DNA of 64,000 nucleotides from Eledone cirrhosa (Eukaryota): NCBI GenBank assembly GCA_964016885.1, contig OZ024744.1:13516001-13580000 (forward strand). The letters are read 5' to 3'. The notes under the pieces were generated by a model. That model was not told the origin of the DNA. It worked only from the letters and a program-made list of their open reading frames with translations, and did no database searches. The translations under genes were made by a program, and so were the position numbers. Each line of letters begins with the position of its first letter. Within the stretch, counting starts at the first letter, position 1. Shown here one piece after another: positions 12,501 to 26,149 of this stretch.

Positions 12501-15500
12501 TACAACTCCAATACTATGGACATGGGGTTTGAATGTCTCAGTAGATCAGAGAGTCACTCCTGTTAAAGCTACTCTCTAAATTGAGAGATCACAACTCCCA
12601 TACTATGGACATGTGGTTAGAATGTCTCAGTAGATAGGAGAGTCACTCCAGTTAAAGCTACTCTCTAAATTGAGAGATCACAACTCCCATACTATGGACA
12701 TGTGGTTAGAATGTCTCAGTAGATCAGAGAGTCACTCCAGTTAAAGCCACTCTCTAAATTGAGAGATCACAACTCCCATACTATGGACATGTGTTTAGAA
12801 TGTCTCAGTAGATCAGAGAGTCAATCCAGTTAAAGCTACTCTCTAAATTGAGAGATCACAACTCCTATACTATGGACATGGGGTTAGAACGTCTCAGTAG
12901 ATCAGAGTGTCACTCCAGTTAAAGCCACTCTCGAAATTGAGAGATCACAACTCCCATACTATGGACATGTGGTTAGAATGTCTCAGTAGATCAGAGAGTC
13001 ACTCCAGTTAAAGCCACTCTCTAAATTGAGAGATCACAACTTGCATACTATGGACATGTGGTTAGAATGTCTCAGTAGATCAGAGAGTCACTCCAGTTAA
13101 AGCTACTCTCTAAATTGAGAGATCACAACTCCCATAGTATGGACATGTGGTTAGAATGTCTCAGTAGATCAGAGAGTCACTCCAGTTAAAGCCACTCTCT
13201 AAATTGAGAGATCACAACTCCCATACTATGGACATGTGGTGAGAATGTCTCAGTAGATCAGAGAGTCACTCCAGTTAAAGCTACTCTCTAAATTGAGAGA
13301 TCACAACTCCTATACTATGGACATGGGGTTAGAATGTCTCAGTAGATCAGAGTGTCACTCCAGTTAAAGCCACTCTCTAAATTGAGAGATCACAACTCCA
13401 ATACTATGGACATGTGGTTAGAATGTCTCAGTAGATTAGGGAGTCACTCCAGTTACAGCCACTCTCTAAATTGAGAGATCACAACTCCAATACTATGGAC
13501 ATGTGGTTAGAATGTCTCAGTAGATCAGAGAGTCACTTCAGTTGAAGCCACTCTCTAAATTGAGAGATCACAACTCCAATAGTATGGTCATGGGGTTTGA
13601 ATGTCTCAGCAGATCAGAGTGTCAATCCAGTTAAAGTTACTCTCTAAATTGAGAGATCACAACTCCAATACTATGGACATGGGGTTTGAATGTCTCAGTA
13701 GATCAGAGAATCACTCCAGTTAAAGCTACACTCTAAATTGAGAGATCACAACTCCAATACTATGGACATGTGGTTAGAATGTCTCAGTAGATCAGAGAGT
13801 CACTCCAGTTAAAGCTACACTCTAAATTGAGAGATCACAATTCCTATACTATGGACATGGGGTTAGAATGTCTCAGTAGATCAGAGTGTCACTCCAGTTA
13901 AAGCCACTCTCTAAATTGAGGGATCACAACTCCCATACTATGGACATGTGGTTAGAATGTCTCAGTAGATCAGAGAATCACTCCAGTTAAAGCCACTCTC
14001 TAAATTGAGAGATCACAACTCCCATACTATGGACATGTGGTTAGAATGTGTTAGTAGATCAGAGAGTCACTCCAGTTAAAGCTACTCTCTAAATTGAGAG
14101 ATCACAACTCCCATACTATGGAAATGTGGTTAGAATGTCTCAGTAGATCAGAGAGTCAGTCCAGTTAAAGCCACTCTCTAAATTGAGAGATCAGACCTCC
14201 CATACTATGGACATGTGGTTTGAATGTCTCAGTAGATCAGAAAGTCACTCCAGTTAAAGCTACACTCTAAATTGAGAGATCACAATTCCTATACTATGGA
14301 CATGTGGTTAGAATGTCTCAGTAGATCAGAGAGTCACTTCAGTTGAAGCTACTCTCTAAATTGAGAGATCACAACTCCACATAGTATGGTCATGGGGTTT
14401 GAATGTCTCAGTAGATCAGAGTGTCAATCCAGTTAAAGTTACTCTCTAAATTGAGAGATCACAACTCCAATACTATGGACATGTGGTTAGAATGTCTCAG
14501 TAGATCAGAGAGTCACTCCAGTTAAAGCCACTCTCTAAATTGAGAGATCAGAACTCCCATACTATGGACATGTTGTTAGAATGTCTCAGTAGATCAGAAA
14601 GTCACTCCAGTTAAATCTACACTCTATATTGAGAGATCACAATTCCTATACTATGGACATGGGGTTAGAATGTCTCAGTAGATCAGAGTGTCACTCCAGT
14701 TAAAGCCACTCTCTAAATTGAGGGATCACAACTCCCATACTATGGACATGTGGTTAGAATGTCTCAGTAGATCAGAGAGTCACTCCAGTTAAAGCCACTC
14801 TCTAAATTGAGAGATCACAACTCCAATACTATGGACATGGGGTTTGAATGTCTCAGTAGATTAGAGTGTCATTCCAGTTAAAGCTACTCTCTAAATTGAG
14901 AGATCACAACTTCCATACTATGGACATGTGAGTAGAATGTCTCAGTAGATCAGAGATTCACTCCAGTTAAAGCTACTCTCTAAATTGAGAGATCACAACT
15001 CCAATACTATGGACATGGGGTTTGATTGTCTCAGTAGATCAGAGTGTCACTCCAGTTAAAGCTACTCTCTAAATTGAGAGATCACAACTCCAATACTATG
15101 GACATGTGGTTAGAATGTCTCAGTAGATCAGAGAGTCACTCCAGTTAAAGCTACTCACTAAATTGAGAGATCACACCTCCCATACTATGGACATGTGGTT
15201 AGAATGTCTCAGTAGATCAGAGAGTCACTCCAGTTAAAGCTACTCTCTAAATTGAGAGATCAGAACTCCCATAGTATGGACATGTGGTTAGAATGTCTCA
15301 GTAGATCAGAGTGTCAATCCAGTTAAAGCTACTCTCTAAATTGAGAGATCACAACTCCCATACTATGGACATGTGGGTAGAATGTCACAGTAGATCAGAG
15401 AGTCACTCCAGTTAAAGCCACTAATTCTCTAAATTGAGAGATCACAACTCCCATACTATGGACATGGGGTTTGAATGTCTCAGTAGATCAGAGATTCACT

Positions 15501-18500
15501 CCAGTTAAAGCTACTCTCTAAATTGAGAGATCACAACTCCAATACTATGGACATGGGGTTTGAAAGTCTCAGTAGATCAGAGTGTCACTCCAGTTAAAGC
15601 TACTCTCTAAATTGAGAGATTACAACACCAATACTATGGAAAAGTGGTTAGAATGTCTCAGTAGATTAGAGAGTCACTCCAGTTAAAGCCACTCTCTAAA
15701 TTGAGAGATCACAACTCCAATACTATGGACATGTGGTTAGAATGTCTCAGTAGATCAGAGAGTCACTCCAGTTAAAGAAACTCTCTAAGTTGAGAGATCA
15801 CAACTCCAATACTATGGTCATGTGGTTAGAATGTCTCAGTAGATCAGAGAGTCGCTCCAGTTAAAGCCACTCTCTAAATTGAGAGATCACAACTCCAATA
15901 ATATGGACATGGGGTTTGAATGTCTCAGTACATCAGAGTGTCACTCTAGTTAATGTTACTCTCTAAATTGAGAGATCACAACTCCAATACTATCGACATG
16001 GTGTTCGAATGTCTCAGTAGATCAGAGAGTCACTCCAGTTAAAGCTACTCTCTACATTGAGAGATCACAACTCCAATACTATGGAAATGTGGTTAGAATG
16101 TCTCAGTAGATTAGAGAGTCACTCCAGTTAAAGCCACTCTCTAAATTGAGAGATCACAACTCCAATACTATGGACATGGGGTTAGAATGTCTCAGTAGAT
16201 CAGAGTGTCACTCCAGTTAAAGCCACTCTCTAAATTGAGAGATCACAACTTCCATACTATGGACATGTGGTTAGAATGTCTCAGTAGATCAGAGAGTCAC
16301 TTCAGTTGAAGCCACTCTCTAAATTGAGAGATCACAACTCCAATAGTATGGTCATGGGGTTTGAATGTCTCAGCAGATCAGAGTGTCAATCCAGTTAAAG
16401 TTACTCTCTAAATTGAGAGATCACAACTCCAATACTATGGACATGTGGTTAGAATGTCTCAGTAGATCAGAGAGTCATTCCTGTTAAAGCCACTCTCTAA
16501 ATTGAGAGATCACAACTCCCATACTATGGACATGTGGTTAGAATGTGTTAGTAGATCAGAGAGTCACTCCAGTTAAAGCTACTCTCTAAATTGAGAGATC
16601 ACAACTCCCATACTATGGAAATGTGGTTAGAATGTCTCAGTAGATCAGAGAGTCACTCCAGTTAAAGCCACTCTCTAAATTGAGAGATCAGACCTCCCAT
16701 ACTATGGACATGTGGTTTGAATGTCTCAGTAGATCAGAAAGTCACTCCAGTTAAAGCTACACTCTAAATTGAGAGATCACAATTCCTATACTATGGACAT
16801 GTGGTTAGAATGTCTCAGTAGATCAGAGAGTCACTTCAGTTGAAGCCACTCTCTAAATTGAGAGATCACAACTCCACATAGTATGGTCATGTGGTTTGAA
16901 TGTCTCAGTAGATCAGAGTGTCAATCCAGTTAAAGTTACTCTCTAAATTGAGAGATCACAACTCCAATACTATGGACATGTGGTTAGAATGTCTCAGTAG
17001 ATCAGAGAGTCACTCCAGTTAAAGCCACTCTCTAAATTGAGAGATCAGAACTCCCATACTATGGATATGTTGTTAGAATGTCTCAGTAGATCAGAAAGTC
17101 ACTCCAGTTAAAGCTACACTCTAAATTGAGAGATCACAATTCCTATACTATGGACATGGGGTTAGAATGTCTCAGTAGATCAGAGTGTCACTCCAGTTAA
17201 AGCCACTCTCTAAATTGAGGGATCACAACTCCCATACTATGGACATGTGGTTAGAATGTCTCAGTAGATCAGAGAGTCACTCCAGTTAAAGCCACTCTCT
17301 AAATTGAGAGATCACAACTCCAATACTATGGACATGGGGTTTGAATGTCTCAGTAGATTAGAGTGTCAATCCAGTTAAAGCTACTCTCTAAATTGAGAGA
17401 TCACAACTTCCATACTATGGACATGTGAGTAGAATGTCTCAGTAGATGAGAGATTCACTCCAGTTAAAGCTACTCTCTAAATTGAGAGATTACAACTCCA
17501 ATACTATGGACATGGGGTTTGATTGTCTCAGTAGATCAGAGTGTCACTCCAGTTTAAGCTACTCTCTAAATTGAGAGATCACAACTCCAATACTATGGAC
17601 ATGTGGTGAGAATGTCTCAGTAGATCAGAGAGTCACTCCAGTTAAAGCTACTCTCTAAATTGAGAGATCACAACTCCTATACTATGGACATGGGGTTAGA
17701 ATGTCTCAGTAGATCAGAGTGTCACTCCAGTTAAAGCCACTCTCTAAATTGAGAGATCACAACTCCAATACTATGGACATGGGGTTTGATTGTCTCAGTA
17801 GATCAGAGTGTCACTCCAGTTTAAGCTACTCTCTAAATTGAGAGATCACAACTCCAATACTATGGACATGTGGTTAGAATGTCTCAGTAGATCAGAGAGT
17901 CACTCCAGTTAAAGCTACTCACTAAATTGAGAGATCACAACTCCCATACCATGGATATGGGGTTTGAATGTCTCAGTAGATCAGAGATTCACTCCAGTTA
18001 AAGCTACTCTCTAAATTGAGAGATAACAACTCCAATACTATGGACATGTGGTTAGAATGTCTCAGTAGATTAGAGTGTCAATCCAGTTAAAGCTACTCTC
18101 TAAATTGAGAGATCACAACTCCCATACTATGGACATGTGGGTAGAATGTCACAGTAGATCAGAGAGTCACTCCAGTTAAAGCCACTAATTCTCTAAATTG
18201 AGAGATCACAACTCCCATACTATGGACATGGGGTTTGAATGTCTCAGTAGATCAGAGATTCACTCCAGTTAAAGCTACTCTCTAAATTGAGAGATCACAA
18301 CTCCAATACTATGGACATGGGTTTTGAAAGTCTCAGTAGATAGAGAGTGTCACTCCAGTTAAAGCTACTCTCTAAATTGAGAGATTACAACTCCAATACT
18401 ATGGAAATGTGGTTAGAATGTCTCAGTAGATTAGAGAGTCACTCCAGTTAAAGCCACTCTCTAAATTGAGAGATCACAACTCCAATACTATGGACATGGG

Positions 18501-18900
18501 GTTAGAATGTCTCAGTAGATCAGAGTGTCACTCCAGTTAAAGCCACTCTCTAAATTGAGAGATCACAACTTCCATACTATGGACATGTGGTTAGAATGTC
18601 TCAGTAGATCAGAGAGTCGCTCCAGTTAAAGCCACTCCCTAAATTGAGAGATCACAACTCCAATAATATGGACATGGGGTTTGAATGTCTCAGTACATCA
18701 GAGTGTCACTCTAGTTAATGTTACTCTCTAAATTGAGAGATCACAACTCCAATACTATGGACATGCGGTTCGAATGTCTCAGTAGATCAGAGAGTCACTC
18801 CAGTTAAAGCTACTCTCTACATTGAGAGATCACAACTCCAATACTATGGACATGGGGTTTGAAAGTCTCAGTAGATCAGAGTGTCACTCCAGTTAAAGCT
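1290..18900. repeat. Long-range duplication of an about 6-kb block: about 1290-7490 is repeated at about 12430-18900, with whole-monomer gains and losses
   Basis: Collinear rare variants: TGGGATTTGAAAG 1291/12434; GATTAGGG 2291/13434; TATCGACATGGTGTTCG about 4758/15991; GATGAGAGATTC about 6212/17445; GATAGAGAGTG about 6839/18339; CATGCGGTTCG about 7351/18762. Confidence 0.85.
7400..9470. repeat. Tandem duplication of an 11-monomer unit (983 bp)
   Basis: TGAGAAATCACAACGCC at 7501 and 8484; AATT insertion at 7849 and 8832; offset 983 = 11x89+4. Confidence 0.92.
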
Positions 18901-20329
18901 ACTCTCTAAATTGAGAGATTACAACTCCAGTACTATGGACATGGGGTTTGAATGTCTCAGTAGATCAGAGAGTCACTCCAGTTAAAGCTACTCTCTAAAT
19001 TGAGAGATCACAACTCCCATACTATGGACATGTGGTTAGAATGTCTCAGTAGATCAGAGAGTCACTCCAGTTAAAGCTACACTCTAAATTGAGAGATCAC
19101 AACTCCCATACTATGGACATGTGGTTAGAATGTCTCAGTAGATCAGAGAGTCACTCCAGTTAAAGCCACTCTCTAAATTGAGAGATCACAACTCCCATAC
19201 TATGGACATGTGTTTAGAATGTCTCAGTAGATCAGAGAGTTAATCCAGTTAAAGCTACTCTCTAAATTGAGAGATCACAACTCCTATACTATGGACATGG
19301 GGTTAGAACGTCTCAGTAGATCAGAGTGTCACTCCAGTTAAAGCCACTCTCTAAATTGAGAGATCACAACTCCCATACTATGGACATGTGGTTAGAATGT
19401 CTCAGTAGATCAGAGAGTCACTCCAGTTAAAGCCACTCTCTAAATTGAGAGATCACAACTCGCATACTATGGACATGTGGTTAGAATGTCTCAGTAGATC
19501 AGAGAGTCACTCCAGTTAAAGCTACTCTCTAAATTGAGAGATCAGAACTCCCATAGTATGGACATGTGGTTAGAATGTCTCAGTAGATCAGAGAGTCACT
19601 CCAGTTAAAGCCACTCTCTAAATTGAGAGATCACAACTCCCATACTATGGACATGTGGTGAGAATGTCTCAGTAGATCAGAGAGTCACTCCAGTTAAAGC
19701 TACTCTCTAAATTGAGAGATCACAACTCCTATACTATGGACATGGGGTTAGAATGTCTCAGTAGATCAGAGTGTCACTCCAGTTAAAGCCACTCTCTAAA
19801 TTGAGAGATCACAACTCCAATACTATGGACATGTGGTTAGAATGTCTCAGTAGATTAGGGAGTCACTCCAGTTACAGCCACTCTCTAAATTGAGAGATCA
19901 CAACTCCAATACTATGGACATGTGGTTAGAATGTCTCAGTAGATCAGAGTGTCACTCCAGTTAAAGCCACTCTCTAAATTGAGAGATCACAACTTCCATA
20001 CTATGGACATGTGGTTAGAATGTCTCAGTAGATCAGAGAGTCACTTCAGTTGAAGCCACTCTCTAAATTGAGAGATCACAACTCCAATAGTATGGTCATG
20101 GGGTTTGAATGTCTCAGTAGATCAGAGTGTCAATCCAGTTAAAGTTACTCTCTAAATTGAGAGATCACAACTCCAATACAATGGACATGGGGTTTGAATG
20201 TCTCAGTAGATCAGAGAGTCACTCCAGTTAAAGCTACACTCTAAATTGAGAGATCACAACTCCAATACTATGGACATGTGGTTAGAATGTCTCAGTAGAT
20301 CAGAGAGTCATTCCAGTTAAAGCCACTCT

Positions 20330-23300
20330 CTAAATTGAGAGATCACAACTCCCATACTATGGACATGTGGTTAGAACGTGTTAGTAGATCAGAGAGTCAC
20401 TCCAGTTAAAGCTACTCTCTAAATTGAGAGATCACAACTCCCATACTATGGAAATGTGGTTAGAATGTCTCAGTAGATCAGAGAGTCACTCCAGTTAAAG
20501 CCACTCTCTAAATTGAGAGATCAGACCTCCCATACTATGGACATGTGGTTAGAATGTCTCAGTAGATCAGAAAGTCACTCCAGTTAAAGCTACACTCTAA
20601 ATTGAGAGATCACAATTCCTATACTATGGACATGTGGTTAGAATGTCTCAGTAGATCAGAGAGTCACTTCAGTTGAAGCCACTCTCTAAATTGAGAGATC
20701 ACAACTCCACATAGTATGGTCATGGGGTTTGAATGTCTCAGTAGATCAGAGTGTCAATCCAGTTAAAGTTACTCTCTAAATTGAGAGATCACAACTCCAA
20801 TACTATGGACATGTGGTTAGAATGTCTCAGTAGATCAGAGAGTCACTCCAGTTAAAGCCACTCTCTAAATTGAGAGATCAGAACTCCCATACTATGGACA
20901 TGTTGTTAGAATGTCTCAGTAGATCAGAAAGTCACTCCAGTTAAAGCTACACTCTAAATTGAGAGATCACAATTCCTATACTATGGACATGGGGTTAGAA
21001 TGTCTCAGTAGATCAGAGTGTCACTCCAGTTAAAGCCACTCTCTAAATTGAGGGATCACAACTCCCATACTATGGACATGTGGTTAGAATGTCTCAGTAG
21101 ATCAGAGAGTCACTCCAGTTAAAGCCACTCTCTAAATTGAGAGATCACAACTCCAATACTATGGACATGGGGTTTGAATGTCTCAGTAGATCAGAGAGTC
21201 ACTTCAGTTAAAGCTACTCTCTAAATTGAGAGATCACAACTTCAATACTATGGACATGGGGTTTGAAAGTCTCAGTAGATCAGAGTGTCACTCCAGTTAA
21301 AGCTACTCTCTAAATTGAGATATTACAACTCCAATACTATGGACATGGGGTTTGAATGTCTCAGTAGATCAGAGAGTCACTCCAGTTAAAGCTACTCTCT
21401 AAATTGAGAGATCACAACTCCCATACTATGGACATGGGGTTAGAATGTCTCAGTAGATCAGAGAGTCACTCCAGTTAAAGCTACTCTCTAAATTGAGAGA
21501 TCACAACTCCCATACTACGGACATGTGGTTACAATGTCTCAGTAGATCAGAGAGTCACTTCAGTTGAAGCCACTCTCTAAATTGAGAGATCACAACTCCA
21601 ATAGTATGGTCATGGGGTTTGAATGTCTCAGTAGATCAGAGTGTCAATCCAGTTAAAGTTACTCTCTAAATTGAGAGATCACAACTCCAATACTATGGAC
21701 ATGGGGTTTGAATGTCTCAGTAGATCAGAGAGTCACTCCAGTTAAAGCTACACTCTAAATTGAGAGATCACAACTCCAATACTATGGACATGTGGTTAGA
21801 ATGTCTCAGTAGATCAGAGAGTCATTCCAGTTAAAGCCACTCTCTAAATTGAGAGATCACAACTCCCATACTATGGACATGTGGTTAGAACGTGTTAGTA
21901 GATCAGAGAGTCACTCCAGTTAAAGCTACTCTCTAAATTGAGAGATCACAACTCCCATACTATGGAAATGTGGTTAGAATGTCTCAGTAGATCAGAGAGT
22001 CACTCCAGTTAAAGCCACTCTCTAAATTGAGAGATCACAACTCCCATACTATGGACATGTGGTGAGAATGTCTCAGTAGATCAGAGAGTCACTCCAGTTA
22101 AAGCTACTCTCTAAATTGAGAGATCACAACTCCTATACTATGGACATGGGGTTAGAATGTCTCAGTAGATCAGAGTGTCACTCCAGTTAAAGCCACTCTC
22201 TAAATTGAGAGATCACAACTCCAATACTATGGACATGTGGTTAGAATGTCTCAGTAGATTAGGGAGGCACTCCAGTTACAGCCACTCTCTAAATTGAGAG
22301 ATCACAACTCCCATACTATGGACATGTGGTTAGAACGTGTTAGTAGATCAGAGAGTCACTCCAGTTAAAGCTACTCTCTAAATTGAGAGATCACAACTCC
22401 CATACTATCGAAATGTGGTTAGAATGTCTCAGTAGATCAGAGAGTCACTCCAGTTAAAGCCACTCTCTAAATTGAGAGATCAGACCTCCCATACTATGGA
22501 CATGTGGTTAGAATGTCTCAGTAGATCAGAAAGTCACTCCAGTTAAAGCTACACTCTAAATTGAGAGATCACAATTCCTATACTATGGACATGTGGTTAG
22601 AATGTCTCAGTAGATCAGAGAGTCACTTCAGTTGAAGCCACTCTCTAAATTGAGAGATCACAACTCCACATAGTATGGTCATGGGGTTTGAATGTCTCAG
22701 TAGATCAGAGTGTCAATCCAGTTAAAGTTACTCTCTAAATTGAGAGATCACAACTCCAATACTATGGACATGTGGTTAGAATGTCTCAGTAGATCAGAGA
22801 GTCACTCCAGTTAAAGCCACTCTCTAAATTGAGAGATCAGAACTCCCATACTATGGACATGTTGTTAGAATGTCTCAGTAGATCAGAAAGTCACTCCAGT
22901 TAAAGCTACACTCTAAATTGAGAGATCACAATTCCTATACTATGGACATGGGGTTAGAATGTCTCAGTAGATCAGAGTGTAACTCCAGTTAAAGCCACTC
23001 TCTAAATTGAGGGATCACAACTCCCATACTATGGACATGTGGTTAGAATGTCTCAGTAGATCAGAGAGTCACTCCATTTAAAGCCACTCTCTAAATTGAG
23101 AGATCACAACTCCAATACTATGGACATGGGGTTTGAATGTCGCAGTAGATCAGAGAGTCACTTCAGTTAAAGCTACTCTCTAAATTGAGAGATCACAACT
23201 TCAATACTATGGACATGGGGTTTGAAAGTCTCAGTAGATCAGAGTGTCACTCCAGTTAAAGCTACTCTCTAAATTGAGAGATTACAACTCCAATACTATG

Positions 23301-23520
23301 GACATGGGGTTTGAATGTCTCAGTAGATCAGAGAGTCACTCCAGTTAAAGCTACTCTCTAAATTGAGAGATCACAACTCCCATACTATGGACATGGGGTT
23401 AGAATGTCTCAGTAGATCAGAGAGTCACTCCAGTTAAAGCTACTCTCTAAATTGAGAGATCACAACTCCCATACTACGGACATGTGGTTACAATGTCTCA
23501 GTAGATCAGAGAGTCACTCC
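20330..23520. repeat. Block duplication at a 22-monomer offset: about 20330-21560 is repeated at about 22290-23520
   Basis: TTAGAACGTGTTAG at 20371 and 22330; TACGGACATGTGGTTACAATG at 21516 and 23475; offset 1959 = 22x89+1. Confidence 0.85.
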
Positions 23521-26149
23521 AGTTAAAGCCACTCTCTAAATTGAGAGATCACAACTCCCATACTATGGACATGTGTTTAGAATGTCTCAGTAGATCAGAG
23601 AGTCAATCCAGTTAAATCTACTCTCTAAATTGAGAGATCACAACTCCTATACTATGGACATGGGGTTAGAACGTCTCAGTAGATCAGAGTGTCACTCCAG
23701 TTAAAGCCACTCTCTAAATTGAGAGATCACAACTCGCATACTATGGACATGTGGTTAGAATGTCTCAGTAGATCAGAGAGTCACTCCAGTTAAAGCTACT
23801 CTCTAAATTGAGAGATCACCACTCCCATAGTATGGACATGTGGTTAGAATGTCTCAGTAGATCAGAGAGTCACTCCAATTAAAGCCACTCTCTAAATTGA
23901 GAGATCACAACTCCCATACTATGGACATGTGGTGAGAATGTCTCAGTAGATCAGAGAGTCACTCCAGTTAAAGCTACTCTCTAAATTGAGAGATCACAAC
24001 TCCTATACGATGGACATGGGGTTAGAATGTCTCAGTAGATCAGAGTGTCACTCCAGATAAAGCCACTCTCTAAATTGAGAGATCACAACTTCCATACTAT
24101 GGACATGTGGTTAGAATGTCTCAGTAGATCAGAGAATCACTTCAGTTGAAGCCACTCTCTAAATTGAGAGATCACAACTCCAATAGTATGGTCATGGGGT
24201 TTGAATGTCTCAGTAGATCAGAGTGTCAATCCAGTTAAAGTTACTCTCTAAATTGAGAGATCACAACTCCAATACTATGGACATGGGGTTTGAATGTCTC
24301 AGTAGATCAGAGAGTCACTCCAGTTAAAGCTACACTCTAAATTGAGAGATCACAACTACAATACTATGGACATGTGGTTAGAATGTCTCAGTAGATCAGA
24401 GAGTCATTCCAGTTAAAGCCACTCTCTAAATTGAGAGATCACAACTCCCATACTATGGAAATGTGGTTAGAATGTCTCAATAGATCAGAGAGTCACTCCA
24501 GTTAAAGCCAATCTCTAAATTGAGAGATCAGAACTCCCATACTATGGACATGTGGTTAGAATGTCTCAGTAGATCAGAAAGTCATTCCAGTTAAAGCTAC
24601 ACTCTAAATTGAGAGATCACAATTCCTATACTATGGACATGTGGTTAGAATGTCTCAGTAGATCAGAGAGTCACTTCAGTTGAAGCCAGTCTCTAAATTG
24701 AGAGATCACAACTCCACATATTATGGTCATGGGGTTTGAATGTCTCAGTAGATCAGAGTGTCAATCCAGTTAAAGTTACTCTCTAAATTGAGAGATCACA
24801 ACTCCAATACTATGGACATGGGCTTTGAATGTCTCAGTAGATCAGAGAGTCACTCCAGGTAAAGCTACACTCTAAATTGAGAGATCACAACTCCAATACT
24901 ATGGACATGTGGTTAGAATGTCTCAGTAGATCAGAGAGTCATTCCAGTTAAAGCCACTCTCTAAATTGAGAGATCACAACTCCCATACTATGGACATGTG
25001 GTTAGAATGTCTCAGTAGATCAGAGAGTCACTCCAGTTAAAGCTACTCTCTAAATTGAGAGATCACAATTCCTATACTATGGACATGGGGTTAGAATGTC
25101 TCAGTAGATCAGAGTGTCACTCCAGTTAAAGCTACTCTCTAAATTGAGGGATCACAACTCCCATACTATGGACATGTGGTTAGAATGTCTCAGTAGATCA
25201 GAGAGTCACTCCAGTTAAAGCCACTCTCTAAATTGCGAGATCACAACTCCAATACTATGGACATGGGGTTTGAATGTCTCAAGGATCAGAGAGTCACTTC
25301 AGTTAAAGCTACTCTCTAAATTGAGAGATCACAACTTCAATACTATGGGCATGGGGTTTGAAAGTCTCAGTAGATCAGTGTGTCACTCCAGTTAAAGCTA
25401 CTCTCTAAATTGAGAGATTACAACTCCAATACTATGGACATGGGGTTTGAATGTCTCAGTAGATCAGAGAGTCACTCCAGTTAAAGCTACTCTCTAAATT
25501 GAGAGATCACAACTCCCATACTATGGACATGTGTTTAGAATGTCTCAGTAGATCAGAGAGTCAATCCAGTTAAAGCTACTCTCTAAATTGAGAGATCACA
25601 ACTCCTATACTATGGACATGGGGTTAGAACGTCTCAGTAGATAAGAGTGTCACTCCAGTTAAAGCCACTCTCTAAATTGAGAGATCACAACTCGCAAACT
25701 ATGGACATGTGGTTAGAATGTCTCAGTAGATCAGAGAGTCACTCCAGTTAAAGCTACTCTCTAAATTGAGAGATCACAACTCCCATAGTATGGACATGTG
25801 GTTAGAATGTCTCAGTAGATCAGAGAGTCACTCCAGTTAAAGCCACTCTCTAAATTGAGAGATCACAACTCCCATACTATGGACATGTGGTTAGAATGTC
25901 TCAGTAGATCAGAGAATCACTTCAGTGGAAGCCACTCTCTAAATTGAGAGATCACAACTCCAATAGTATGGTCTGGGGTTTGAATGTCTCAGTAGATCAG
26001 AGTGTCAATCCAGTTAAAGTTACTCTCTAAATTGAGAGATCACAACTCCAATACTATGGACATGTGGTTAGAATGTCTCAGTAGATCAGAAAGTCACTCC
26101 AGTTAAAGCTACACTCTAAATTGAGAGATCACAATTCCTATACTATGGA

